A DNA stretch of 64,000 nucleotides from Nageia nagi (lineage: Eukaryota; Plantae; Pinophyta): contig JBITNC010000001.1 of the NCBI GenBank assembly GCA_050084985.1, positions 52,514,001 to 52,578,000 of the forward strand, given 5' to 3'. Positions 40,166-52,335 of this stretch are shown here, one piece after another. The notes beneath the pieces are model-generated. The model was not told the origin of the DNA, ran no database searches, and worked only from the letters and a program-made list of their open reading frames with translations. The stretch's first letter is position 1. Each line of letters starts with the position of its first letter. Position numbers and translations under genes: made by a program.

Positions 40166-41898
40166 CCACAGGGAAACCCATGCTTTTCCTCAGTGAAAGG
40201 AGGTGATTGTTGTCATAAACCAAGACTCTGCTGCGCAAGCCTCCTCTTCCATCTCACCATTAATAACATTGAAAAACTGTGATGCAAAAAATTCAAACCC
40301 TACGTGTACTCCTTCCTTCTTCTTTGTGCATTTAATTTTTTGTTGACTACTTGCATATTCTTAAATGCACATGCAAAGCAACATTTACTCCTTCTTGGTA
40401 AGGGAAGGGTAGCCATTCTTCTTACCTAAAAGCATTTATAACTTTGAGTGCTTAAGTAAAAGTAGCATTAACTATGCATAGGTCTCCTTTCTTTTTCATT
40501 AATACTTACAAGCTCTCTAGAAGCAAATGTATACTTTTTGGTAGGCCTTTAATATATTTTTTTGCTTGCTTACAAGTCATTTGTTCCTATTAAATGCACT
40601 TATAAGTACTTATACTCCAACTTTAAGCATTGATACTTTAAAGAAAGTAGATACATCATTACTCTTCAATGCTATCCAATTTTTTAGAAAAATGTGGCAA
40701 ATAAAGTTAATTCTTTAGGAGTATATTTTTTATTTTGCCTTAAATACTTTTAAGTTTGGCAATTTACTTAGGTAAAATGATAAATCTTAGTGTAACATTA
40801 ACACTTTAAGGGATTTTTTTTACCTAAGTATTTTTTTTTTTAATGATTTCATGGGAAACCTATGCTATTTTTTAAGTAAACAAGGGAAATTTTTTACTTA
40901 CAATATAAATGCATACTTAAAAGACAATTTTTTTAGCATACAAGTTTTAGGGATAAAACTTTAAGTAAAAAAAAGGGGGAATTTGTATAGTTTTTTACTT
41001 AAAACTTTATCTAGATCTTGCATGCTAAATTTGTAATGCATGCCTCTTAATCTTGTGTAAGAATAAAGCATGTCTATTACTTAATTTTTTTAAGTTATGG
41101 ATTAATGCTAAGTAGGACTTAGCCTTTTTTTAAAATTCATTAAAGTGTTGAATGAATTTATCAACTTGAGCAAGTATGCAAAATGTAAAAATGTCCTTTA
41201 GGGGTTAGTACAAAACCCATTGGACTCTTATATTTCAAGTTCTTGTGGATGATGTATTTTTAATACTTTACTTTATATTTTTGCATAATTTCTTTATACT
41301 TGCAAAATGCAAAATATTGAAAGTAACCCCTAAAATGAACACATTCGTACGTACTTTTCCACAACATGACTTGTTTGGGGAGCCACGAGGGGAGGACAGG
41401 GCAGACTGGAGCCTTTTTAGTCTAAAGAGCCAAGTGGTGGTAAATCCATCTTAATTTCCCCTAAGACCTCTGTTGGATTGGACATAACTCTATTAGGTGG
41501 ATAGGCATGTGTGTAGTGATACCACATGTCTGCACGTCCATTCAGGGATTATCCTGATAACCTAGGAGGAAAACTTGAAAACCTTAAACAAGATAATTAA
41601 AATGACCGGTCCAAGATACGTCGGATCCTTGGAAAATAGTTGGTACTTCTCATTGAGAGAGTATATTACTAACCAAGGTGAACTGGTTGAGGACTGGTAG
41701 TACTTGGGCTCCACTTTGCGGGCATCCAGGTGAAGGCCTAATTCTATACAAGAAAACAACCTCAACGTTATCCTTCTACGGATCTTGGTTTATAAGTTTG
41801 CACATGTGGGACATGTTTACTTATCAATGTTTGATTTGTATATATGGTAAATTGTAGAAATTTATTCATTCTTCTTGCTTATTTACTTTTATGTAGCA

Positions 41899-44800
41899 AT
41901 GGTTGAAACCTTCATACCCAAGCATATACTCGACGGTTCTAATTTCGGCATATGGGAACCTCGTATGAAAGCTGAGTTACAAGCAAGGAAGCTGTGGCAG
42001 ACAATTAATGAAGACTTGGTCGCTCCTACAGATGAGAAGTCTCTTGAAATATACAACTCAAAGAATGAGTTAGCAACTTCAATGATTTATCGTGCAATTT
42101 TAGATGACGTACTTCTCATGATCTCTTCTTCAACATCAGCAAAGGAAGCTTGGGATAGGCTGAAGAAAATTTACCTTGGGTCAAAATTTTCAAGGAGGTT
42201 CACTATTTTAACAAAGTTTTTGCAATATCGTCAAGGTGAAGATGAAAGTGCTTCTATTTACTTGACCAAAATCATTGACCTCAGGACACAACTGGTTGGT
42301 TGTGGGTGCAACTAGATCAATTATGAGTTCATGGTCTTCATCATTCTTCAAAGCCTTTCTACAAAGTTCAGTAACTTTGTCACGGTTATGGAAACTAGGC
42401 TCGATGATGAAGAAGATGTCATCTCTCTTGATAACCTTTCTAGACTCCTTCTGAAGCATGAGGAAACTTTGAATAAGAAAATGTTGGACTTTTCTCTAAA
42501 GGACAAAAGCATTGCTCTAGGAGCAACCAAAACTCCTTTCAAGAAGAAGTTCAAACATTATAAATTCAAAGATAACAAATCCTCATCTACCTTCAGGAAG
42601 CATGAGAAAAAGGGCTACAATAATGGCAACTTCAAGCAAAGGAATGACAAAGCTGGATCAAGCAATCCAACACCTAAGGAAAAGTTTGATGGAAATTGTA
42701 ACTTTTGTGGCATCTTTGGGCACAAAGAGTATGATTGTCGTAAAAAGAAATTTGCTCAAAAAGGCAAGGGAAATGCAAATGTGAAAAATTTCAATAATAA
42801 AAAGAAGACCAAGCATGCTGCTACTGTTGCCTACTACTCAATGACTCAAACTATTTCAAATGATTGGATTGTTGATTCAGGATGCACTAATCACATGTGT
42901 TATGAAAAGGATAAGTTTGAAAACTTTCATAAGTACAAGAAGGATGCAGTTGTGATAGGTGATAATTCAGTCCTTGATGTTCAAGAAATAGGGAGTGTGA
43001 AGATTCATGGAAAGGTTCTTGATAATGTCTTTTATGTGCCTAAACTAAGGATGAATCTTATCTCCGTAATTCAGATTACAAGGAAAGGATACTCATTTGA
43101 GTTTACCTCACACTCCTGGTGTGTTAAGAAAGGACTTGCCACCTTGATGAAAGGATCAGTAAAGGATGACCTTTATATTGTGGATCAAGTTCCTTCAAAG
43201 ATGTGTCTTGCTGCAAATGTTTGTTCAAAGGGTAATCTTTGGCATCAACGATTAGGGCACCTTAACCACAAGAGTATTCAAGATATGAAAACTCAAGAAC
43301 TTGTGGAAGGTTTACCTAATATTACACCCACAATTGGTCTCTGTGAAAGGTGCATTCTAGGAAAGATGAATAGGCAAAAGTTTGAAAAAGATAAGGCAAC
43401 TTGGGCTACTCGTCCTCTTCAGCTTGTGCATTTAGATTTGATGGGTCCATTTCAGACTAAGTCTCTAGGGGGAGCTTCTTATGTTCTGACCTTCATTGAT
43501 GAATTCAGCAGGATGACATTTGGTTATCTACTTGAGCACAAGGATCAAAATTTTGACAGGTTTAAAGACTTCAAGGCTCTTGTTGAAAATTAAACTGATT
43601 TTAAGATCAAGATGCTGAGATCTAATAATGGGGGTGAGTATAATAGCAATGAGTTTAACGACTATTGTGTTAAACAAGGGATCAAGCGGTAATTCACAAT
43701 CCCTTACACCCCTCAACAAAATGGAGTTGCTGAAAGGAAGAATCGAACCATTATGGAAATGGCAAGGTGCATGTTGGGTAACATTCCTAGTTTCTTATGG
43801 GGTGAAGCTGTTCATACTGCTATTCACACCCTAAATAGGTGTCCTACTAAAGTAGTTGAAGGTAAAACTCCGTATGAAGCATGGACAGGAAAGAAACTTA
43901 ACATCTCACACTTTAGGGTCTTCATTTGTGATGCATTTGCCTTCATTACCTCAGAGAAAAGAAAGAAGTTGGATAAAAGATCAGAAAAATGCATCTTTGT
44001 GGGGTATGATAATCAGCATAGAGGTTACAGGCTCTACTGCTCATCCCATAAAATAGTCTTTGTTTCTAGGGATGTCAAGTTCAATGAACTTCCTGAGGAT
44101 ACGACTTCTCATGCTGAGGTGTTTGATTCAGATGATTCTTCGCCTGCACCTAACTGGTTGGATGATAATGTAGGGAAGTCACCACAAGAGCAAAATTCTC
44201 CAGCTCAGAGAATTACAAGGAGTATGACCTTGAATAAATCTTTATTTGCCAAAATTGATAATACGAATGAGCCATCAACCTTCAAAGAAACTTTCAAGCA
44301 AGAGTGTTGGATGGAAGCTATGAAAGTTGAGTATGAGGCGCTCATGAAAAATGAAACTTGGGATTTGGTTCCTTATCCCAATGAGAAAAATGTGATTGGA
44401 AATAAATGGATATACAAGGTCAAGTACAATTCTGATGGAGAATTGAAAAATACAAAGCAAGGTTAGTGGCCAAAGGATTTGCTCAGAAATATGGTATTGA
44501 TTATGAGGAAACCTTTGCTCCTGTGGCCAAGATGCCTACTGTCAGGATAATCCTTGCTCTTTCTATAGCTCAAGGATGGAAAGTTTTTCAACTTGATGTC
44601 AAGAGTGCATTTCTCAATGGTGACTTAGATGTAGAAATCTACATGAATCAACCAGAAGGATTTATTCTAGAAGGTAAAGAGTCTTTTGTGTGCAAACTAA
44701 AGAAGTCTTTGTATGGACTTAAGCAACCACCTATAGCATGGTACAAGAAAATTTCAGGATTCTTTGTAGATATTGGTTTTTCCAAGTGCTTCTCTGACTC

Positions 44801-45815
44801 AGATCTCTATGTACTCAATCAAGGAAAAGACGTGGTCTTAGTTCTCCTTTATGTGGATGATCTTCTCATAACTGGAAATAATATTGAAATCATCCAAGAG
44901 TGCATATCCAAACTGAAGGCAACATTTGAAATGACTGATCTAGGTCTATTGCATTACTATCTTGAGATGCAAGTATACCAACACAAAGATTGTACTTATC
45001 TTAGTCAATCTAAGTATATATCAGACATCTTGCAAAAGTTTGGAATGGAGGAGTGTAGATATGCTGCAATACCTGTTTCTCCTAGAATCATTATATCTCT
45101 GAGCTCAGATTCTTAGTTGGCTGATGCTACAGCTTATAGGCAATTGATCGGTAGTCTTTTGTATCTGACTATCTCTCGACCTGATATTGCCTTTGCAGTG
45201 AATCTGATGGCACGATTCATGCAAAAACCATATGTTGAGCACCTCATTGCTGTTAAGCAAATCTTGAGGTATGTGGTAGGGACAAAGGATCTTGCTCTTA
45301 AGTATTCCAAAGTGCCCTCGATTGTTCTCTCTGGGTTCTCAGATTCTGATTATGGGGGAGATAGAGATGATAGAAAATCAACCTCTGCATATGTGTTCAG
45401 CATTTGTTCAGGTGCTATCTCTTGGGCTTCCAAGAAGCAACCTACTGTGACTCTTTCTACCATCGAAGCTGAATATCAAGCCATGTTTGTTGCCGCCCAG
45501 GAAGCTATTTGGCTGAGGCATCTTCTGAATGAAATTAGGTATGAGCAAAATGGCCCATCTCTTATTTCTTTAGACAATCAATCGGCTATCTCTTTGGCTA
45601 AGAATCCTGTGTTCCATCAGAGAACCAAACATGTGGAAATCCAAGCCCATTTTATCAGGGAGAAGGTTCTAGATGATATCATACACTTGGAGTATTGTCC
45701 ATCTACTATAAACTCCGCTGATTTATTCACCAAGCCCCTTCCTGAAGCTCAGTTCAGCAAGCTTAGGGATTCTCTCAGGTTGGTGAAGTTGCCCTCAAGG
45801 GGGATTGAAGCTTGA
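41899..45815 (+). pseudogene. Copia gag-pol polyprotein, near-intact (4 in-frame stops and 1 frameshift)
   Basis: Gag LDGSNFGIWEPRM, zinc knuckle CNFCGIFGHKEYDC, protease WIVDSGCTNHM, INT LWHQRLGH and PQQNGVAERKNRT, RT QLDVKSAFLNG and LYVDDLL, RH SDSDYGGD and RTKHVEI. Stops at 42313, 43591, 43690 and 45114; frameshift near 44445. Confidence 0.96.
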
Positions 45816-45887
45816 AGTTTTGTTAGTGATGACAACTTCACCTCTAAGAGGCCTTTTTTGTTGTTGTTATATAGTGTTGATTATGAT

Positions 45888-46380
45888 ATACTTCTGTGGT
45901 AAGTTCACTCTGTGTGAGGAACTTCTTGTACATTTTATACCTCCGTGGTAAGTTTGCTCTGCGTGAGAAACTTGTTGTACATTTTTATACCTCTGTGGTA
46001 AGTTTGCTCTGCGTGAGAAACTTGTTGTACATTTTATACCTCCGTGGTAAGTTTGCTTTGCGTGAGAAACTTGTTGTACATTTTATACCTCCGTGGTAAG
46101 TTTGCTCTGCGTGAGAAACTTGTTGTACATTTTATACCTCTGTGGTAAGTTTGCTCTGCGTGAGAAACTTGTTGTACATTTTATACCTCCATGGTAAGTT
46201 TGCTCTGCGTGAGAAACTTCTTGTACATTTTATACCTCCATGGTAAGTTTGCTCTGCGTGAGAAACTTGTTGTACATTGTATACCTCCATGGTAAGTTTG
46301 CTCTACGTGAGAAACTTGTTGTACATTTTATACCTCCGTGATAAGTTTGCTCTGCATGAGAAACTTGTTGTACAATTTTT
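45888..46380 (+). repeat. 49-bp tandem array, 10 copies, in the Copia 3' UTR
   Basis: Unit ATACCTCCGTGGTAAGTTTGCTCTGCGTGAGAAACTTGTTGTACATTTT; starts at about 45888, 45937, 45987, 46036, 46085, 46134, 46183, 46232, 46281 and 46331. Confidence 0.97.
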
Positions 46381-46961
46381 TAGCATATAATTGATCAATC
46401 AGTTTCATTGATCAAGTATTCATATGAGAAGATTTGGTATGTGTCTTTAGGCATTGTACATTCATCTATATGTTATGCTCTATTAATAATCAACACATGT
46501 CTATATACAATAGGTGACTATGAGTGATGGCTTGGCATCTCTGTGATGACTTATAGTGCACCATTGATCAGTTATTTATAAGATGGCATTATTTGATTCT
46601 CCTATTTAATAAAGTGAATATATGATGCATCTAACTAATTTTGTTCATGAGTTGCTTGTAGCATGCAGGATCTTCTTCACAAATGCAGGTTACTCACCTT
46701 GTGTAAGCAAGCTCATGGAGACTCACATGTCAGCTTAAAGTTGATCGACTACTATGTACAGTGAAACCAGTTGTGGTTAATGATTGTATTGTAAACCATT
46801 TTTTGTTAAATGGTAATGTAGTGAGTCTCAAACTAGTTCTCAAAAAGATTCTCAAATATGTAAATGTTCTCATCTCCGCTTGTATCTCTATGGAGGAGAA
46901 CTCTCTCTTACTCTCTCTCTTCTCTCTTCTACGCTCTATCCCAATATTGCATTAAGGGGAG

Positions 46962-47451
46962 TGTTAGAATTTGTAATGAAATATTGTGAATATCTAAACT
47001 CCTTGTAAATTCAATTAATCACTTAAAGGATATTTAGATACCTTAAGGGATTAATTGAATTCTTTATTATGTAAACTTTGACCTTACCAAGTGGTTAGTT
47101 GGTAGGTTAAAGTTAGGTAATATATTTATTGTAACCCTAACCTTACCCTTGGGTTAAAGGGAGGTTAGGGAGGTGCTCTCATGCTATAAATAGAGGGCCT
47201 CTCCTCTTGTAATATAACTTAGATTTTGAGTAAGATTACTCTACTAGTTTGTGTAGGAGAGAAAGGAATTGTAGTAAGAGGGTGCATAGTTTGAGAATTG
47301 AGATCTAGTTGTGGATGTACTCCCAAGGAGGGAGGAACCACTATATATTGGTGTTATCTTTTGTGAATGGTGTTATTAGCTTGTAGATGTTGAATGATTA
47401 AGTTTCCTATAGTCTTGGACCTTGAGGATTAGTGTAGATCTAATTCCTTCA
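46962..47451 (+). repeat. Copia 3' LTR
   Basis: Follows the PPT; about 99% identical to 38182-38671; followed by TSD GTGAA. Confidence 0.97.
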
Positions 47452-48222
47452 GTGAATTGGTATACATTGTATGTCATGAATATGTATATATGATGGTACT
47501 ATTACCCTTATTTCCATTATTGTATATGGGCAATAAGGATTCCCTATTGTCAAAAATTTAAAAATTTCACTACAGATATCACATATGGTTTTAGATTATG
47601 GAATAGGCTCATAAAATTCCCTTAAGATGCTAAGATTTGATCAAGATTTATCCTAAAATACAAAATAGATCTCAAAATACTCTCAATATGCTAATATCCA
47701 CCTCCAAATGGCCTCAAAACTTGAAAATAAACTTCATAATGACTGTACGAACCCCTTTGTAGCTAGAACTATGGCTTCCTTATCCCAAACAAATCCTTTA
47801 TGCCTCCTCAGGACTCAGAATTAGGTCATATGAATAACAATATTGATAGGAAAAATGCAAAATTTCAATAATGTACCTTTACCAAGTTAAATGATTCACT
47901 TGAGAGTACTCAAATTCAAAAATGTGTTCAAAATAGGTCCAATGTCTGGCCAGAAGAGTATGATTTGCCTCCTAGTCCCTTAACATGTCACTCTTGGTGT
48001 TTAGATCCAATAGTTTCATCTCCAAACCCTTAATGTTTGCCTTATAGGCATAGAATTCTTTATATCTTTCAATAGGATAGCCAAAACTCTTCATTAACTC
48101 CAACAGATATTCAACTCCAGTAACTCTTACCCAACAGTAAGGGTAAGATCTCAACTCATGATTCCTCCATGTGTGATGCCCTTGATTCTAGTAGGATGGT
48201 AGAATCAAAGATCTAACACCAC

Positions 48223-49610
48223 TATGATGATCCAAACTAGGGCTAAATCCTAAAATGTGCCCTAGGAGAGGGACATTTGGATCTAAGCTCCAAAACTAAT
48301 CAAATAACTTTAAAATTGCATAATTATTGCAATTACTAGCTAGAAATGCCAAATATGATTTTAAACTTGCAAAAATACCTCTAAATTCTAATGTCTAGCT
48401 ATGATGAGAAAAACATAATATTTAATCATGCACTACTTCCAATAATACAACATTGTAAATAAGTAGCAAAAATATGAATTAAATGATACAACTACTACTC
48501 TAGATCCAACGTCCAAGAACAAGAGAAAAATTACAACAAAATGCTAGCAAATATGTAATTGTATTAATATAGCACTGGTGGAAGTGCAATTACAATATTT
48601 GTGTCTACATAATCTTGTACCATGACTACCTCTAATAGGGTTATGTTGGATGGCTTTAGGCCTCACCAATCACAATAGTAGTGATGCATAGTCTAGTTCT
48701 TCCCCTACAGCTTCTATGATGAAAAGAACAATATTCCTCTCAAGAAGGGTAAAGTAAGTTTGAGGTTATCCTCCTCTCACATCAATACCTCAAATGTAGG
48801 TTTCCCTACAAGTGGTAAATATATAGTTCTCACACTCAATCTAAAAAAGGGGTTTAATATCAATAATCAACATATCTCATAATGACTAAGAGTCCTTTTA
48901 TAGGCAAGGGTGATCATCTTCTAATATTGCATTGAAATGATCTAATGGTGGAGAGATATGATTTATGTGCTCATGTTTGCAATGTCCAATATGGGGAGCT
49001 TTGGGATGAATGAAATCACATCTAAGGATTATGAATACCAATGTTGAAGAGAGGGTGATACCAAAGCACATTGGGATTAGAGCCATGGGTCCAAGTATTA
49101 AGGAGGGCCAATGTGCGGTCTTGGGATGCACACATACCCAATGTACATGCATGGGAGCCATCCATTACCTCAATATTACTAAATCCTTGCTTCAAGTCCC
49201 ACATCAAACCTTGGAACTTCAAATGACCTTATATTCAATGCAATCACCTAAGGGGATGCTCTACCTCGAAGAAGGGAGCACTAATGATTAGAGATACATT
49301 AACTGCTAATATTACAATCATCATGGCTAAAATATGCAACACCTCTTTTAAAAAGACTAATATTGCATTTACAAATATAATTGCCTTAGTATTACAAATA
49401 CAACATTATTGGCTTTTAGTAATTAACTAAATACAAAATAAATAAATAAAAGGTTCATTTATTTCATAATTAGAGCTTTACTAAGTCTCTGAGTGAAATT
49501 TACATCATTTTGGCCAAATATTACAAAATTTAGACAAAATCAAACCTAAATTAATGTTCCCATTTATTAGAGTTGAAATGGGAAAAACACCTAAAAATGG
49601 GGACATTACA
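48223..49610 (-). repeat. Chromovirus 5' LTR
   Basis: Collinear with 33400-34778; ends GGGGACATTACA, followed by TSD TGAGC. Confidence 0.9.
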
Positions 49611-51997
49611 TGAGCAAGGAAAGCTCTTGGAAAGCCTAAAACACACTTTTGATTGAAAAATGGAGATTCAACAATTATTTGAAGGGCCTTTAAATACATT
49701 CAAATAGGTGAAGAAGAGAAATTTGATTTATGAATAATTCCAATAAGGAAAACCATGAAACTGAAGAGCTAAGTTGAAGATGTGAGCATTCAATCCTATC
49801 TGAGACCCTAAATAGGGCAACAAGAATACAAACTAGGATATCTCACTACTAAAAGTATTAAACAAGAATATAAAAAATACCTAGAAGTTAAAAATATGGA
49901 CTTAATGGTAAGAAATACCTCAACCAACTACAATATGCCTGCATAAATATGTCAAATCACACATAATCAATCAACTACACAAAGAGAAAAAAAAAAGGAG
50001 TTACAAGCAAAAGAAGTATTTTCTATTATAAGTGTTGAAAATGGCAACATAAAAACATAATAATCTCTTCTATATATAAAAAGGAAAATAAAGACCTATT
50101 AATAGAAGTGAAGAAATGGAGTATAAAATACTCCAATAAATTTTGTGTATACAAAAAATATATCTATAGGTCAGAAATGTGGGCAACCATCCACCTGCAT
50201 CGAAAGATCAAATTATGAGTATTAAAGCTCAATTGAACTCCTATAAAAGACTTAATATCGAGTAGGTGAATAGAGCATGAAGTGGGAGGAGCATTTGCAC
50301 ATGATTGGTCATGTCAAAACTAAAGTCAACCTAGAAACATTAACTTCCTTCATATACTTATGTTATTTCTTCAAGCACTTGAGTTTCAAGTGTGATAAAT
50401 ATGTATGTGATGATCCAAGAATACCATAAGCAACTTAGGTTTATGGATCATGTTTGGTATCAAAGTAGTTCTTTTACTGGAACTGATTATCACATCCTAT
50501 TCATTTTTTGAATGGGAATTGAATTCAAAATTGTGCCTATAATTTGGAGTCAAGAGATCTTGTTGATCAATCTAATCCATTAAAATGTGGAATAAAGAAT
50601 TGGACTCACAATTTAAATCTTGAATGGTAAAGGTAATTATTCTACTTTTGTAATCAACATTTTTTTACTAGCAGTTGATGAAGTCATTTCATCATAATGT
50701 TTATCTCGAAATGAATTTTGGTGTGAGGAAAAGGCACTTATATCCTCAATAGTTGTGAAGATCAAGGAAGTTATTTTTTAGGATTGATAATTCTTTTTCT
50801 TGTTAAGTTGTTATTATGAAATAGTGAATGATTTGAGATGAATAATAATTCAAACTAATGTGGGGATAAGCCAAGAAAATAATTAGATAAGAAGGTGATT
50901 CTAGGAAGAGGTAAATTTTGGATTATTTTTTCTCATTATTTTGATCTGAGGCTTTTGTGGGACCAAAAGCCCATAAGATGGGATGAGTGATTCAAAATGG
51001 AAAAAATGGATCTAAAAGAAAATTCCTAAAGATGTTAATTATTATTTTCAAATTGAAGAGTTCTTCACCAACTCTTCAACACCTTCGATGATTCAAAAAT
51101 CTGAGTTTAAATGTGTAAGATATTTAGGTTTGAAGTTATTGATTTTATTTTCAAATCAAATTCCAAAAGGTTAAAAATAAATAAATTATATAAAATTAAA
51201 AATCTTCATCAATTTAAAAATACCCTTTGTGCCAATCCAAAATAAATTCATAGAGTTATGAGTGAAAAAAAGGGATTGAAATAATATTTGGAAATAAGGG
51301 AGCCTAACAATCCAATAAGTTTGTAAAAAAAAAAAATAATATAAATATTTATATTTAAGCCTTCAAATAAGAAAGAAGAGAATCACCCAAAACATCAATT
51401 ATGATATAAAAGTTAAACTACATGGAGGCCCTTGATTCAATAATAAGAGTTATGAATGGTGAAAGATATTCAGGTTTTATTTCTATTATAACCCTTTTTA
51501 ATTTGAAAAAAAGAAACAACATGTAATAATAAACATTAGTTATTCTAAAAATAATAAAATCATAAAAAGGAAGGTCATTAAAAATAACTTAAAGAATTTA
51601 GGAGGGGTATAAAAAGTCAAAAAAAGAAAATCAAAGGCTAAAGCGATAGGAAGATAAAATCCTCATGCTAAGAAGAGAATAAAAACATGGTATCCTAGCT
51701 CATGATTGTGATTATAAGGACAATATGTGTGATCATAGTTAGAAGGATAATAGGAGATAATATAGCTAGAATGGTAATATGCACTTATACAAGGGTCTAA
51801 ATGACTAGAAAGAGGACAAAAAGAAATGGTGTTCTAACTTCCAATTGTGACTACAAGGACAATTAAAGCCTACATTGAGGTTGAAGGGAGATGGAAGAGA
51901 ACAAAATGAAATAGTGTCCTATCTCGTGATTGCAACTACTGCAAACTCTTTTCTTTTAGCCTAAATTATTCTTTATTGAAGTTTATCACTAGAAGGG

Positions 51998-52335
51998 AAA
52001 GGCCTAGGGATTCATGGCCACTACAGGTTTCATGGCCATTGCTTCTTGAAATTGTTTGTTATTTTCAAAGATTTGATAAGGTTACATAAATCTAGATATG
52101 ATATTTATTCAAATCCTTAAGTAATAAAATTCTTAGGTAAAGATAAAATATTTATGAATATTTTATTATTTTGTAAAGGCCTAGGATTTCATTTACACCT
52201 CAATTTCATGGTCATTGATTTCTAAAAATCTCTAGTTTAATTCCAAAAAAAAATTAAAATTCATGTTACATTCTCCAATTTCAAAAGGCTTAAGGTTTCA
52301 TGGTTGTCACATGTTTCATGGCCATTGCTTCCTAA
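51998..52335. repeat. Three dispersed copies of a ~50-bp motif (AAAGGCCTAGG..TTTCATGGCCATTGCTTC)
   Basis: Copies near 51998, 52176 and 52283. Confidence 0.65.

Larger units (their letters stand above)
38182..47451 (+). mobile_element. Full-length young Ty1/Copia retrotransposon (9270 bp)
   Basis: TSD GTGAA (38177-38181, 47452-47456). 490-bp LTRs. PBS TGGTATCAGAGC at 38674-38685. PPT AAGGGGAG at 46954-46961. Domain order gag-PR-INT-RT-RH. Confidence 0.97.
33400..49610 (-). mobile_element. Old Ty3/Gypsy chromovirus, gag core missing, carrying a nested Copia
   Basis: TSD TGAGC at 33395-33399 and 49611-49615. Homologous ~1.38-kb LTRs. PPT (minus GGGAGGGACAAAC, 34779-34791). Degenerate Met PBS at ~48210-48221. 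Confidence 0.92.

Noticed and set aside
45888-46380. 49-bp array as a CRISPR array, or ORF 45896-46099 as a protein
   Set aside because: The units are contiguous with no unique spacers; the ORF is just a translation of the repeat.
49616-50365. Possible LTR (with 32800-33394) ending near 50339 beside a PPT-like tract
   Set aside because: No partner LTR, PBS or TSD could be identified; too decayed to call.
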